Assembly (NCBI GenBank): GCA_965202985.1
Contig: CBDBCF010000001.1
Location: forward strand, 2,688,001-2,752,000
From: Longimicrobiales bacterium
GTDB lineage: Bacteria > Gemmatimonadota > Gemmatimonadetes > Longimicrobiales > Gaopeijiaceae
DNA: 64,000 nt
Direction of reading: 5' to 3'
In this document: one piece after another, positions 39,301 to 51,661 of the stretch
How the letters are laid out: the number at the start of each line of letters is the position of its first letter
Position numbering within the stretch: position 1 is the first letter of the stretch
Notes under the pieces: model-generated
Told to the model about the DNA's origin: nothing
The model's database searches: none
Seen by the model: only the letters and a program-made list of their open reading frames with translations
Program-made: the position numbers and the translations under genes

Positions 39301-40243
39301 GAAGCAGACGTTCGTCCTGTGGACGGACGACTCTGCTACACCCTCGCCCACCTTTACCCGAACCGCCAACGCCTTCCAGATGCGCTTCCTGAAGACGATG
39401 ATCTCGGGTACGGTGGTCAACGACACTGAGAGAGTGCCGGGCGGCGCCAAAGACAACCAAGTGCAGTTCGTGGAAACCGTGCAGGGCGCGAAACTGACCC
39501 TCTTGGAGGTGACGCGGTTGGTGCGGGCAGTGGGTTCCAGGACTCACGACACGACGGCTACCGCTCGTACGGCGACGACAAATGCCGATGGCGAATTTAC
39601 CTTTGAGAACGTGCCAGAGGGTGTGTACGTCATCGAAGGCACGAACACGGATGCTTACGAGCTTCGTGCAAAGGACACGTCTCCGTACAACCAGTCCCGA
39701 CAGGTCACCACGACGGCTGAAAATCGTATGGCCACGGGCGGGACTGATTTGCCGGCTTGGGCCTACGGCGATCACGCCACGAACAGGTCCAACGTCTGGA
39801 ACAACGAGGTCGCCAACGATAGTGCAGGTGCAGACTTTGTCGTGCTGCACAAAGACGGCACGGTGACGGGTACAGTCAAGACCGACATCTTGGGTGCGTC
39901 CGATCCGGACGTCTTGTATGACGACCCGGTTTCTGGCATCAGGATTGTCGCTCTACTCTGCAGTCACTTTGGGACTGCCGACATTACCACGGTCCGGCAA
40001 TGCTTGGCGCCTGACAACGACAGAGGCGTTGTTGGTCGTTACGAGACGACGACCGATGCGAAGGGCGAGTATACTTTCAGAAACCTGAGAGAAGGCTTCT
40101 GGATCATCGACGTGGACTCCGAGAGCCACGGGGACTATGACGAGAGCGACGTGAGCAACGGGAAGGCTTATAACCAAGCGGCCTTTTTGGCAGGACGGCG
40201 AGCAGGGGCGATCGTCGACTTCATACTCGTAGCAAACCCGTAG
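36395..40243 (+). CDS. Large surface lipoprotein with carboxypeptidase-regulatory-like / SdrD-B (Cna-B-like) repeats
   Basis: Lipobox PLAAC; four ~87-aa repeats (G.VSVEG..LAGV.V.LSG...TTT...G.YAF..L.AG.Y.V.ISG); SdrD-B-like GYLYLDANED; further TT.ADG.Y/FTF..L..G.Y units to the C-terminus. Confidence 0.85.
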   Translation: MMRMSRLKLTAMAALLAIPLAACNEGTPPPPEGTIDGQVSIEGQGLAGVSVSLSDGTTQTTGTDGRFAFTGVEGGTYTVSISGFAADATFASTSQTATIASQGQTVTVNFTGTYVRTASILGSVTVEGDGQSGIAVRLSGVSDASTTTDASGRYAFTGLRAGAYEVAISGFDADAVGFSSTSKGATVGVGESQVLSFDGTYLRTAGIVGRVSVEGDGLAGVTVSLSGSESRTATTDQAGQYAFNELRAGTYQVGISGFDADDYEFSSTSQSVTVTLGQTANVPFDGTLLRTAGISGRVSVEGMALADVTVMLTGAATDTATTNADGQYAFTGLAAGAYMVAISGYDMDAYAFAAASMSVTLADDESNITNFMGTHTRSANVWGYLYLDANEDDEYAGSDLEDLLALAGVKVTLNGPGVGDVDSTTTDARGMYKFDSLATGSYRVALSAPTDTMFTNMGIAFGGLQSGVVVNVTPGSANAVHLPFDITRQTIKVHAMMGDGKGKTGKAVKDVEITLYPTYQTATARTNALGTAKTDSTGVATFTFLRAADVGPAGTKDYLVFASAGKLPHNNLSVSGNSIQEVSYARRDREKTAANPVTLLNREVRFQFAVRSIGTAVGGNAPIEGWQPEVMVRGASITVPKTLKTGVTTFRDLDNPANLPATYYIGAGDATPAAITSGERYTAVPEPTDGVMLDSTKTKFMYVHDGLQLPGTTLNLGTLRIKYTTQTLRVAFHMERDQQRGYTQSAIGGGDVRPNASVADLSVTLEYTNSEGNTVPYEYPTTTPRGISRANPRSPTVASRGFVTFQRLPANVEFELDFSVSGALEGYGDDQIETYILTEGRSAEARNRNNRGSYSFGAFGDESGSSSQVWLCPLATEGLNNNIDACSTYAFGRTDGSITGLVHTLAGDEQDSITVTLTPSSRNMGSKTVRTRVTSRGTAADGAYTFSGLGGGTYDVTVASTSNWASRTPKQTFVLWTDDSATPSPTFTRTANAFQMRFLKTMISGTVVNDTERVPGGAKDNQVQFVETVQGAKLTLLEVTRLVRAVGSRTHDTTATARTATTNADGEFTFENVPEGVYVIEGTNTDAYELRAKDTSPYNQSRQVTTTAENRMATGGTDLPAWAYGDHATNRSNVWNNEVANDSAGADFVVLHKDGTVTGTVKTDILGASDPDVLYDDPVSGIRIVALLCSHFGTADITTVRQCLAPDNDRGVVGRYETTTDAKGEYTFRNLREGFWIIDVDSESHGDYDESDVSNGKAYNQAAFLAGRRAGAIVDFILVANP

Positions 40244-40289
40244 TATACGGAGGCCAATCTGTCGCAGTCTCTGGTAGACTGTGACGATG

Positions 40290-40331
40290 CTCGCCCCCGT
40301 CCGGCTTGCCGGGCGGGGGCGAGTTGCGTTT
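40290..40331 (+). terminator. Rho-independent terminator-like hairpin between convergent genes
   Basis: CTCGCCCCCGTCCGGC-TT-GCCGGGCGGGGGCGAG followed by TTGCGTTT. Confidence 0.7.
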
Positions 40332-40372
40332 GCGAACACTTTTCGTCCAGCCCAGCCTGGCCGTGCTTTGAC

Positions 40373-41809
40373 TCACTCGTCCGGCAGCGCCTCCAGGACT
40401 GCGGCCGCGACGCGTCTTCCCGCGTTCCCGTCGATTCGGAGCGTCTGTTCCTCCACCAACCGGCGGCGCGCGTCCGAGTCCAGCGACGGGTCCCCGACAT
40501 AGCGCTCGACGGCGTCCATCAACGCGCTCATCTCCGAGGCAAGCCGAAGGCCGCCGGAGCGGACCAAGTTGGCTTGGTGGGAGAAGTCGAAGAAACGGCG
40601 CACCGAGCGCTCATAGGGCAGCACGGAGTCGGCCGCGTCGAAGCAGACGCCGACGACGGGCGTGCCCAAGGCGGCGGCGTCGATGGAGATCGACGAAGCC
40701 GTGCTCGCGACCACTGCCGCATGATGCAACGTGTCGGCCAATCGCTCGCTTGCGGCTCGATCGAAGGCGCGGTCGCGATATTCTCCCAGGTGTGCGGCGC
40801 CCGCGACGTCCACGGCAACATCGGGCAGGTCCCGAAGCCGGTCGTATCGCTCCGGCCGGTCAAGCTGATGCACGCGAACCAAAAGAGACAGGGAATCGCC
40901 GAAGTTGGCCCGCACCGCTTTGGCGATGTCCAGCGCCAGCCGGGGCTCTTCGGGCACCGTGCCCTCGGTCTGCGTGGCGTAGACCAAGTACGGCTTGGCG
41001 GGATCGAGTCGCAACGCGGCGCAAAGGTCGCGTCGCGTCTGGTAGGGCGCATCGGCGTAGACATCGTGCTGGGGCGCGCCGGTGACGCACACCGTCTCCC
41101 GCGCCAGCTCGTGAACTTGGACCGCCTCGCGGCGCATCGTCTCGTTCCATACCGTGATCCGATTCGGGAGCACTGGGAAGAAGCCTTTGCAAGTAAGGTT
41201 GTCCCAGCTGGGCACCAGAATCATGTTCGGCACTCCGTGCTTTGCGGCGGAAATCACCAAGTACCGGTCCGCATAAGGCTTGGAAGCGGCTCCATGGTTC
41301 GGCGTCAGCGTCAGAACGCGCGTGCCGACGACCAGGTCGGGGCAAAGGCGGCGAATCTGCTCCCCGTACAGGTCGGGTCCCCAGCGTCGCGCTCCCCATC
41401 GCGCCAGAGCCAGCACCGGACCGTTGGCCCAGGACGCCGCGCGGGCCGCCGTCCCGACCAACGCCAAGGCCATCGGCCGGTTCGAGAACCTGATGCGGGC
41501 GAAGATCCGGCCTGTCGCCGTTCGCCGAGCCAGCACGAGGAGAAAGAATCGATGGACGAGTCGGTCGAACAAGCGGAAGCCGGCGGCACGCAGCCCCCCG
41601 GTGGGAGCGGCGGCCAGCGCGTGGAGGCGGACGTTGTCGTTGCCGTCTTCGAACTCGCGACGAAAGCTTTCGACGTGGCCGGCTCGCGTGAACAGATGCA
41701 GCTGAACGCCGGCGTCGCGCAGCACCTTGAAGACATCGGAGCGCAGGACGTCGCGCACGCCGGCCGCCATGGGGACGCCGATGAAGACGACCGGCGGGCG
41801 CGCGGTCAC
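40373..41809 (-). CDS. GT-B fold glycosyl/glycerophosphotransferase-like protein
   Basis: SWDNLTCKG, ITVWN, VTGAPQHD, LVRVHQ, SSISIDAA, DGNAGRRV; GTGA overlap with asnB. Confidence 0.65.
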   Translation of the reverse strand: MTARPPVVFIGVPMAAGVRDVLRSDVFKVLRDAGVQLHLFTRAGHVESFRREFEDGNDNVRLHALAAAPTGGLRAAGFRLFDRLVHRFFLLVLARRTATGRIFARIRFSNRPMALALVGTAARAASWANGPVLALARWGARRWGPDLYGEQIRRLCPDLVVGTRVLTLTPNHGAASKPYADRYLVISAAKHGVPNMILVPSWDNLTCKGFFPVLPNRITVWNETMRREAVQVHELARETVCVTGAPQHDVYADAPYQTRRDLCAALRLDPAKPYLVYATQTEGTVPEEPRLALDIAKAVRANFGDSLSLLVRVHQLDRPERYDRLRDLPDVAVDVAGAAHLGEYRDRAFDRAASERLADTLHHAAVVASTASSISIDAAALGTPVVGVCFDAADSVLPYERSVRRFFDFSHQANLVRSGGLRLASEMSALMDAVERYVGDPSLDSDARRRLVEEQTLRIDGNAGRRVAAAVLEALPDE

Positions 41810-43644
41810 GTCGCAAAGCGCCGGAACCACAATTCGGCGACTACCCATTGCCACACGTGAAAGGAGTTGGCGCTTCCCTCCATTCGGAACCGCGCGAACT
41901 CCTTGACGACTTCGGCTTGGCGGAAGAGGCCGCGCCGTCCGAACGCCTCGGAGTTGACGATCTCCTCCACGAAGGGTGCAAGGGGACCTGCCAGCCATTC
42001 CCGTTGCGGCGTGACGACCGCGCGCTTCGGCGTCTTGCGGACGGCGTCGGGCAGCCGGTCGGCCATGGCTTCGCGAAGAAGGTACTTCGTTGCGCCGTCG
42101 CGAACCTTGAATGAGCCGGGAAGCGAAAAGGCGAACTCGACCACGCGGTGGTCCAGGAACGGTACCCGAAGCTCGCGCGCGGAGGCCATCGACAGGCGAT
42201 CGTTCATGCGCAGCACGCGCGGCAGCTTGGTGTGCGCCAAGTCCCTGTGGAGCACGTTGCGCAGGCGGTCCGGGAACGGTTGGTCGAATACCGGGGGAGC
42301 GCCGGCAAGCTCCAGCGCGGCCCGACTTGCGCAACGGGGCCGCAGATGCGTGGTCCCGTCCTGGGAAACGGTTGCCGCCGGACCTCCGTTGGCCAGTCTG
42401 CGAAGTTCGCGTGCAAGTCGTAGCCGCTCGTCGGCCGCGCAGGCGATCTCTCGGCGCAGGCGCCGAAGCCGGCCCGTCTCCAGCAGGTCCCAGAGCCGGT
42501 AGGGCAGGAAGTAGCGGTAGCCCGCCAACAGTTCGTCCACGCCTTGGCCTTCGAGCAGCACGACGACGCCCGCTTCGTTGGCCGCCTCGTGCAGGCGGTG
42601 GTAGGCCAGCGTCGCCACGCCGCCGAACGGGGCTTCCTGGTGCCAGATGGCCGTGTCGGCCAACGCGACGACGTCTTCCGGTTCCAGACGCGCGAAGTGC
42701 CTCTGCCAGTTCGCCTGGACCGGCACTTCTGCGGCAAACTCCGACTCGTCGTACTCCGGATCGCCGAACGTCGTCGTGAACGTGCTTACGCTGCCTCCCG
42801 TCCACTGTCGGTCCGCCGACGCCAGCAGCGATGCCGAGTCCAGCCCGCCGCTCAGATTCAGGCCAACGGGAACGTCGGCGTGGAGGCGGAGCCGCACGGC
42901 GTCGTCGATCAGCTCCACAAGCGTTCTCTGTGCCTCTTGCAGCGAAATGCAGGCCATGTCGCGGGCCAGCGACGGCAGGTTCCAGTACCGCTCGATCTGT
43001 GGATCGGCGGGCCGCGACAGGTCGAGGACCAGAGTATGGCCGGGGGGCAAGCTCCGCACGCCCTCGAAGAACGTTCTCGAACCATGGTCCGAGCATCCGT
43101 GCACCACGTACTCCGACCATGTCTTCATGTCGGGACCCAGCGGCAAGCCCAACGCCGCCATGCCCTTGATCTCCGAGGAGAAATAGAAGGCGCCCCGATG
43201 GACTGCGTAGTGAAAGGGCTTGATGCCCAAGCGATCCCGGCCGCAAACGAGAACACGCCGCCGACGATCCCAAATGGCAAAGGAGAACATGCCGTTGAAG
43301 TGGGCAACCGACTGCGCCCCGTACTCCATGTAGGCCGCTAGCAGAACCTCCGAGTCCGTTGCACTTTGCCAGTTGCGTGCCGGAATCTGCTTCTTGATCT
43401 CGTTGTAGTTGTACAGTTCGCCGTTGAAGACCAGCACGGCGTCCGCGCCGGGAAGCGTCATGGGCTGGCGGCCCGCCTGCGACGTGTCGACGACGCTCAG
43501 CCGATTGTGGCACAGCGTCACGGGATGGAGCGGATCCTTGTAGCTGCTTCGGTCGTCGGGTCCACCGTGAGCCTGCGCGTGCAGGGCGGCTTCGACCTGG
43601 CCGGGGGCGGCGTGTGCGCCGACCAGCCCAGCGAACCTACACAC
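41806..43644 (-). CDS. asnB: Asparagine synthase-like glutamine amidotransferase (polysaccharide-locus type)
   Basis: N-terminal Cys (MCRFAG), RLSVVD, FNGELYN, RDRLGIKP, LSGGLDS, GQGVDE, ELRVPFLD. Confidence 0.92.
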   Translation of the reverse strand: MCRFAGLVGAHAAPGQVEAALHAQAHGGPDDRSSYKDPLHPVTLCHNRLSVVDTSQAGRQPMTLPGADAVLVFNGELYNYNEIKKQIPARNWQSATDSEVLLAAYMEYGAQSVAHFNGMFSFAIWDRRRRVLVCGRDRLGIKPFHYAVHRGAFYFSSEIKGMAALGLPLGPDMKTWSEYVVHGCSDHGSRTFFEGVRSLPPGHTLVLDLSRPADPQIERYWNLPSLARDMACISLQEAQRTLVELIDDAVRLRLHADVPVGLNLSGGLDSASLLASADRQWTGGSVSTFTTTFGDPEYDESEFAAEVPVQANWQRHFARLEPEDVVALADTAIWHQEAPFGGVATLAYHRLHEAANEAGVVVLLEGQGVDELLAGYRYFLPYRLWDLLETGRLRRLRREIACAADERLRLARELRRLANGGPAATVSQDGTTHLRPRCASRAALELAGAPPVFDQPFPDRLRNVLHRDLAHTKLPRVLRMNDRLSMASARELRVPFLDHRVVEFAFSLPGSFKVRDGATKYLLREAMADRLPDAVRKTPKRAVVTPQREWLAGPLAPFVEEIVNSEAFGRRGLFRQAEVVKEFARFRMEGSANSFHVWQWVVAELWFRRFAT

Positions 43645-43753
43645 CCGATAGAGAGAGCGGGAGAACGGGCATGGGCGGTGGAGCTTGTTGGGTTTGCCGA
43701 GAGGAAGGAATCAAGCTACCATTTGGTCCGGCCCGAAGCAAGGGAGGTGGAAA

Positions 43754-45034
43754 ATGACGACGGCAGGCACCCTCGCTGGTCCAGCGTATGGGCCGGGCTC
43801 ACCTGTCCGTTCGCGCAAGCTGGTTTGTTTCTTGCCTTCGCTGGGCGGCGGCGGAGCCGAGAGGGTCGTGCTGAACGTCGCGACTGCGCTGGCACGCCGG
43901 GGCTATTCCGTCGACTTGGTGCTCGGGAGCCCCAAGGGAGCTTATATGGACCAACTTTCCTGCGAACTGGATGTGGTCTCGTTGAAGTGCCGAAAGATGG
44001 TCTTCGGCGTCTTGCCCCTGGTCCGGTATCTGATGCGCCGGCGTCCCGATGTCCTGATGTCCACTTCGGAAGTTGCGAACATCGTGGCCGTCGTTGCGAC
44101 GCGGTGGGCACCGGGCCGACCTGTCCGCACGGTGCTGCGCCAGGCAAACACGTTCTCGGCGACGCGTTCCGCAGCCACTGGAGCGCGCCGACTGGTGTTC
44201 CCGTTGCTCAAACGGGCGCTGCGACGAGCAGACGCGGTGGTGACGGTGTCGTCGGGCGTGGCAGCGGACCTGACGCGCCACGTGCTGCGAGCGGATCAAG
44301 ACGCGTGGTCCATTCCGAATCCGGCGTTCAGAGAGCAGATCGTCAAGGATGCCGCGTTGCCCGCGACGCACGCTTGGCTCCAAGACGACGTTTCGCCCGT
44401 AGTGCTGGCGGTTGGCCGACTCGTGCCCGAGAAAGACTATCCGACCCTGCTTGCCGCATTCGCTCGGGTCGTGCAGGCTCGGCGGGCCCGGTTGCTGATT
44501 CTCGGGGACGGTCGGGAGCGGGACGGGCTGACGGCCTTGGCCCGACGGTTGCGCATCGCGGAGGTCGTGGACATGCCCGGCTTCCAGCGCAACCCGTACG
44601 CGTACATGGCTCGTGCACACGTGTTCGTTCTCTCGTCGCGCTCCGAGGGCATGCCCAACGTTCTTGTCGAAGCGATGGCGTGCGGGACGCCGGTGGTGAG
44701 CACGGATTGTCCACACGGTCCGCGCGAAGTTCTGGCCGACGGAAAATGGGGCAAACTGGTGCCGGTCGGCGATTCCGAGGCCATGGCCGCTGCCATTTTG
44801 CAGACCTTGGACGAAGTCCCGGATCGCGAGTCGCTTGGTGCTCGCGCTCGTTGCTTTTCCTTGGAGCGAGCCGTGGACGCCTACGAACGCGTACTGTTTC
44901 CCGACGCGGCGGAGTTGGCAAAGGTGAACTCGTTGCAACCTCCGCCCGACGACTCCACCAGCCGCTCCACGCGGAAGCCCCGCTCGCGGAAGAAAGACGC
45001 GACTTCGTCGGCGCCGGCGACCTCGAACGGATAG
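43754..45034 (+). CDS. Glycosyltransferase family 4
   Basis: GGGGAERV, VGRLVPEKDY, GFQRNPY, SSRSEGMPNVLVEAMACG; GGAGG RBS. Confidence 0.93.
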   Translation: MTTAGTLAGPAYGPGSPVRSRKLVCFLPSLGGGGAERVVLNVATALARRGYSVDLVLGSPKGAYMDQLSCELDVVSLKCRKMVFGVLPLVRYLMRRRPDVLMSTSEVANIVAVVATRWAPGRPVRTVLRQANTFSATRSAATGARRLVFPLLKRALRRADAVVTVSSGVAADLTRHVLRADQDAWSIPNPAFREQIVKDAALPATHAWLQDDVSPVVLAVGRLVPEKDYPTLLAAFARVVQARRARLLILGDGRERDGLTALARRLRIAEVVDMPGFQRNPYAYMARAHVFVLSSRSEGMPNVLVEAMACGTPVVSTDCPHGPREVLADGKWGKLVPVGDSEAMAAAILQTLDEVPDRESLGARARCFSLERAVDAYERVLFPDAAELAKVNSLQPPPDDSTSRSTRKPRSRKKDATSSAPATSNG

Positions 45035-45735
45035 CCGCCGAGCCAGTCGCGCCAGTCCGTGATCACCGACATGCCGCGGCCCTTGTGCCTGTTGCTCTTG
45101 TACTTGGCAACGACGTTCTCGCCCTTCGCGGCCGCCTTCAGCAGGCTAATGCAGAACCTGGCGGCCAAGTACGGGTAGAAGAGGCCGCCCACGGCCGCGC
45201 CGCCGAGGCGCCCGGTGTTGTAGAGCCTCTTGACCTGGGTCCAGAACGCCGACTTGAGCCCCTGATCGTTGTAGATGGAGACGTAGAGGAGCCCGTTGGG
45301 CTTGACCAGGCGTCCGGCGTGGCCCAGCGCCGTCCAGAGATCGCCCGTATGGTGCAGGACGCCAAACGAGTACACCACGTCGAACGTTCCCAGCGAATCC
45401 AGGAAGGCAGGATCGAGAACCGAGCCCTGGGCGACGGTCCAGATGGGGGAATCCGGCCAGTGGCGTTGTCGGAGCGTGTCGGTGCAGAGAACCGCGTCGG
45501 CGTCGTAGTCGAAGGAATGGACGGCAGCGCCCAGGTTTCGGGCGGCCAACGAGAACAGGCCGCTGCCCGATCCCAAGTCCAGGAAGCTCTTGTCCTTCAG
45601 CTCGACGGCGGGGAATGCTTCCAGGAGGTGGCGTTCGGCCATGGCGATCTGTTCGACCGTCAGGCCCTTCAGAAACCGCGCCCAGTTCTTGCCGAACGGA
45701 AAGCGCGTCTCGGCGTCGGCGTCGCGCGACGGCAC
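44881..45735 (-). CDS. Class I SAM-dependent methyltransferase
   Basis: RFPFGKNW, FLDLGSGSGLFS, DVVYSFGVLHHTG, DWLGGYPFE. Confidence 0.9.
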   Translation of the reverse strand: MPSRDADAETRFPFGKNWARFLKGLTVEQIAMAERHLLEAFPAVELKDKSFLDLGSGSGLFSLAARNLGAAVHSFDYDADAVLCTDTLRQRHWPDSPIWTVAQGSVLDPAFLDSLGTFDVVYSFGVLHHTGDLWTALGHAGRLVKPNGLLYVSIYNDQGLKSAFWTQVKRLYNTGRLGGAAVGGLFYPYLAARFCISLLKAAAKGENVVAKYKSNRHKGRGMSVITDWRDWLGGYPFEVAGADEVASFFRERGFRVERLVESSGGGCNEFTFANSAASGNSTRS

Positions 45736-45740
45736 TCGGA

Positions 45741-47119
45741 TCAGCCCCTCTTGGCTGCTTCCAGGTCCACCAGCGGGGCGGAGTACTTTCCCGAGAAGCA
45801 CGCGTTGCAGAAGGGGCCGCCCTGAGACACGGCCTGGACCATGCCCTCCAGGGAGAGGTAGCCCATGGAGTCCACCCCCAGTTCGACGGCGATCTCGTCG
45901 ACCGACAGGCGGGCGCCGACGAGCTCGTCGCGAGAAGGCATGTCGATTCCGTAGAAGCACGGAAAGCGGACCGGCGGACTGCCGATGCGCAAGTGCACTT
46001 CACGGGCGCCGGCGGCTCGGACGAACTTGACCAAGCTGCGGGATGTTGTGCCGCGCACGAGCGAGTCGTCCACCACGACGATCCGCTGGCCGGCCAGGAC
46101 CTCGCGCACCGGGTTGTACTTGATGCGCGCGCCGAAGTCGCGGTCCGCCTGGGACGGGCGGATGAAGGTGCGTCCGACGTAGTGGTTTCGGAGCAGGCCC
46201 AGCTCGTAGGGGATGCCGCTCTGCTCGCTGTAGCCCAGGGCGGCGGAGTTGGCGCTGTCGGGCACAGCGACCACGCAGTCCGCGTCCGCCGGGTGCTCCA
46301 GGGCAAGGGCGCGCCCGAACGCCCGCCGGGCTCGGTCCACGCTGATGCCCCACAGGTTGGAGTCGGGGCGCGCGAAGTACACGAGCTCGAAGATGCACGG
46401 CGCCGGTTCTTCTCGGTGCAGGCCCGGCAGGCTGTCCACCTTGCCGTCGCGCACGCGCACCAGCTCGCCGGCCTCCAGGTCGCGCACGAACTCCGCGTCC
46501 ATGATGTCCAGCGCGCAGGTCTCGCTTGCCACCACGTGCCCGCCCTCCGGCAGGGCGCCCAGCACCAAGGGCCGAAAGCCCCGGGGGTCGCGCACGGCGT
46601 ACAGGGTGTCGCCCACGGTGACCACCAGGGAGTATGCGCCTTCCAGGAAGCTCAGGGCGTCGCGGAGCTGGGATTCCACCGACGAGTGACGGGAGCGCGC
46701 GATCAGGTGGACCACCACCTCCGAGTCCGACGAACTCTGGAAGATGGCGCCCTCGTCGACCAGCCGGCGCTTGAGGAAGTGCGCGTTGGTCAAGTTGCCG
46801 TTGTGCACGATCGCCAGGTCGCCCTCCGCGTACCGGACGACGATCGGCTGGGCGTTGACGCGCTGTCCGCCGCCGGCCGTGGAGTAGCGCACGTGGCCCA
46901 AGGCGGTGCGGCCCGCCAGCGATTCGATTCGCGCGGCGTCGAATGCGTCCGACACCAGCCCCAGCTCCTTGTGCAGGCGAGCCCTTCCGCCGTCCACCGC
47001 GCAGATGCCGGCCGCCTCCTGGCCTCGGTGCTGCAGGGCGTACAACCCCAGGAAGGCGAGTTCGGAGGCGTTGTCGGCGCCGCTCACGCCCACGATTCCG
47101 CACTCCTCGCGGGGGCCGC

Positions 47120-47123
<4 letters not shown>
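45741..47123 (-). CDS. purF: Amidophosphoribosyltransferase
   Basis: [53 protein letters not shown]. Confidence 0.97.
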
Positions 47124-49599
<2,476 letters not shown>

Positions 49600-49603
<4 letters not shown>

Positions 49604-50319
49604 GACGCGGCCGGGGCGGCAGGCTGGCCGGTGCTTCGCGCGGCGTCGAGCAGCGCTTGGAACAGGGGCAGGCCGTCGCTCGATCCCAGCAGGGGTTCGG
49701 TGGCGCGGTCCGGGTGGGGCATCATGCCCAGGACGTTGCCGCGGGCGTTGCATATGCCGGCGACATGACTTTGCGAGCCGTTGGGGTTGGCCGCCTCGGT
49801 GGCTTGCCCGTGGGCGTCGCAATAGCGGAACAGGACGCGCCCCGCCGCTTCCAGGGCGGCCAGCGTGTCGGGGTCGGCGTAGTAGTTGCCGTCGGCGTGC
49901 GAGAGCGGCATGCGGAGCACCTGTCCCGCTTGGTAGCGGCCCGTGAAGGGGGTGTCGGAGCGCTCCACGCGCACGCGGCACTCGTGGGACTGGAAGCGAA
50001 GGGACTCGTTCCGCAGCAGGGCGCCGGGGAGCAGGCCGGCTTCGCACAGGACCTGAAAGCCGTTGCAGATGCCCACCACGAGGCCTCCCGCTTCGGCGAA
50101 CGCCGTCACCGCCTCCATGACGGGGCTGAAGCGGGCGATCGCTCCGGGGCGCAGGTAGTCGCCGTGCGCGAACCCGCCCGGCAGCACCACGGCGTCCGCG
50201 CCTTCCAGCGAGCTGTCTCGGTGCCAGACGGCGCCGGCCTTGCCGCCCGCCGTCTCCACCGCTTGCACGCAATCCTGATCGCAGTTGGACCCCGGAAAGG
50301 TCACGACCGCAACCGTCAC
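49600..50319 (-). CDS. purQ: FGAM synthase glutaminase subunit PurQ
   Basis: [38 protein letters not shown]. Confidence 0.97.
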
Positions 50320-50648
50320 GGGTCTGGTTTCCCAATGTCGCGGTCCAGTTCCGTGGCGTCGCTGTCGGGTTTCCCGACTCCGCGGTCGCGCTCCTTGACC
50401 GGCGTGGCCCGGACCCTAAAGTGCTCGGTCACCGGGTTGGCCAGCAGCTTGCGGCACATGCCGTCCGCCTGGGACTCCGCCTCTTCGGCCGACTCGGCTT
50501 CCACCTCCAGATGGATCGCCTTGCCCACCCGCACATGAGCCACGGAACCGTAGCCCAGCGAGGACAGGGCGTGGTGAACGGCCTTGCCTTGGGGGTCCAG
50601 CAGGCCGGGCCGGGGCACGACCAGCACCTGCACGTCGAATCGGCTCAA
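50316..50648 (-). CDS. purS: FGAM synthase subunit PurS
   Basis: [25 protein letters not shown] start coupled to the pssA stop. Confidence 0.95.
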   Translation of the reverse strand: MSRFDVQVLVVPRPGLLDPQGKAVHHALSSLGYGSVAHVRVGKAIHLEVEAESAEEAESQADGMCRKLLANPVTEHFRVRATPVKERDRGVGKPDSDATELDRDIGKPDP

Positions 50649-51661
50649 GGAACGGGCTCCTCTCGGTCTTCGCGGGAGGCCGACCAGTCGCTGCCGGCGC
50701 CGCCGCCGGGGGTCAACTCCGGCGTCAAGTCGTCGTAGTCCACTTCGCGGGGCTCCAAGGCGTCGGGGTCCTCGTCCTCGTCCAAGAGCGGGTCGCGCTC
50801 CGGCAGTCGGTCCAGCAGGCCCATGAACGCGGACCGCATCAGTCCCCAAGCCGTGTACGCCGTCAAAGTGGGGAAGAACCAGTAGCGCGGGAACGCCACG
50901 GCCGTCACGGCGCCGACGGCCATGAGGCCCGTGACCACCCGGCCCCCGGGAGTGCGGAGCGCGATGCGCGGAACCTTGGCGTAGGGCACGTGGCTCAGCA
51001 TCAGAACCGACACGAGCACCGTCGCGATAACCATGATCCGGGGCCAGGGCAGGGTTGCTAGGTGCTGCTGGAAGAAGGCCGTCTGGGAGAACGGGTACTG
51101 TGTGGCCAGAATCATGCCTGCGGTGGGCGAAGGCAAGCCGTGGAAGTGCCGCTTGGCCTCGCCGCCCTGTTCCATGTTGAAGCGCGCCAGCCGGACGACG
51201 ACGGCGGTCACGTAGACGAAGCCGATCAGCCAGCCCCAGTCCGAGTCGCGGAAGTGCAGGGTGATCATGATCACCGCGGGCGCCACGCCGAAGGAGATCG
51301 CGTCGGTCAGCGAGTCCAGTTCGGCGCCGAACGCCGAGCCCGTGCGCGTGAAGCGGGCGACCCGGCCGTCCAGCAGGTCCAGCACCGCCGCGAAGACCAC
51401 GAACCATCCGGCCCAGGCGAAGTCGCCCCGGACCGCGGCCACGACGGCGTACAGGCCGAAGAAGAGCGCGCCCAGCGTGAACGCCGACGGCAGAATGATG
51501 ACGCCCCGTTGCAGGGTGCGTCGGGACTCCCGGTGCGTGCGTCGGGACTCGCGATGGGGGCGGCGCAATGGCTGGAGGGGGCGCGACCGGGACGCCCGGG
51601 GTCCGTTCTCCCGAAGTCGTTGCCCGCGGAGCCGCTGTACGCGGAGTCGGTGCGGCGTCAC
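50645..51661 (-). CDS. pssA: CDP-diacylglycerol--serine O-phosphatidyltransferase
   Basis: LPSAFTLG, DLLDGRVAR, GAELDSLTDAISFGVAP, RLARFN, FHGLPSP. Confidence 0.94.
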   Translation of the reverse strand: MTPHRLRVQRLRGQRLRENGPRASRSRPLQPLRRPHRESRRTHRESRRTLQRGVIILPSAFTLGALFFGLYAVVAAVRGDFAWAGWFVVFAAVLDLLDGRVARFTRTGSAFGAELDSLTDAISFGVAPAVIMITLHFRDSDWGWLIGFVYVTAVVVRLARFNMEQGGEAKRHFHGLPSPTAGMILATQYPFSQTAFFQQHLATLPWPRIMVIATVLVSVLMLSHVPYAKVPRIALRTPGGRVVTGLMAVGAVTAVAFPRYWFFPTLTAYTAWGLMRSAFMGLLDRLPERDPLLDEDEDPDALEPREVDYDDLTPELTPGGGAGSDWSASREDREEPVP

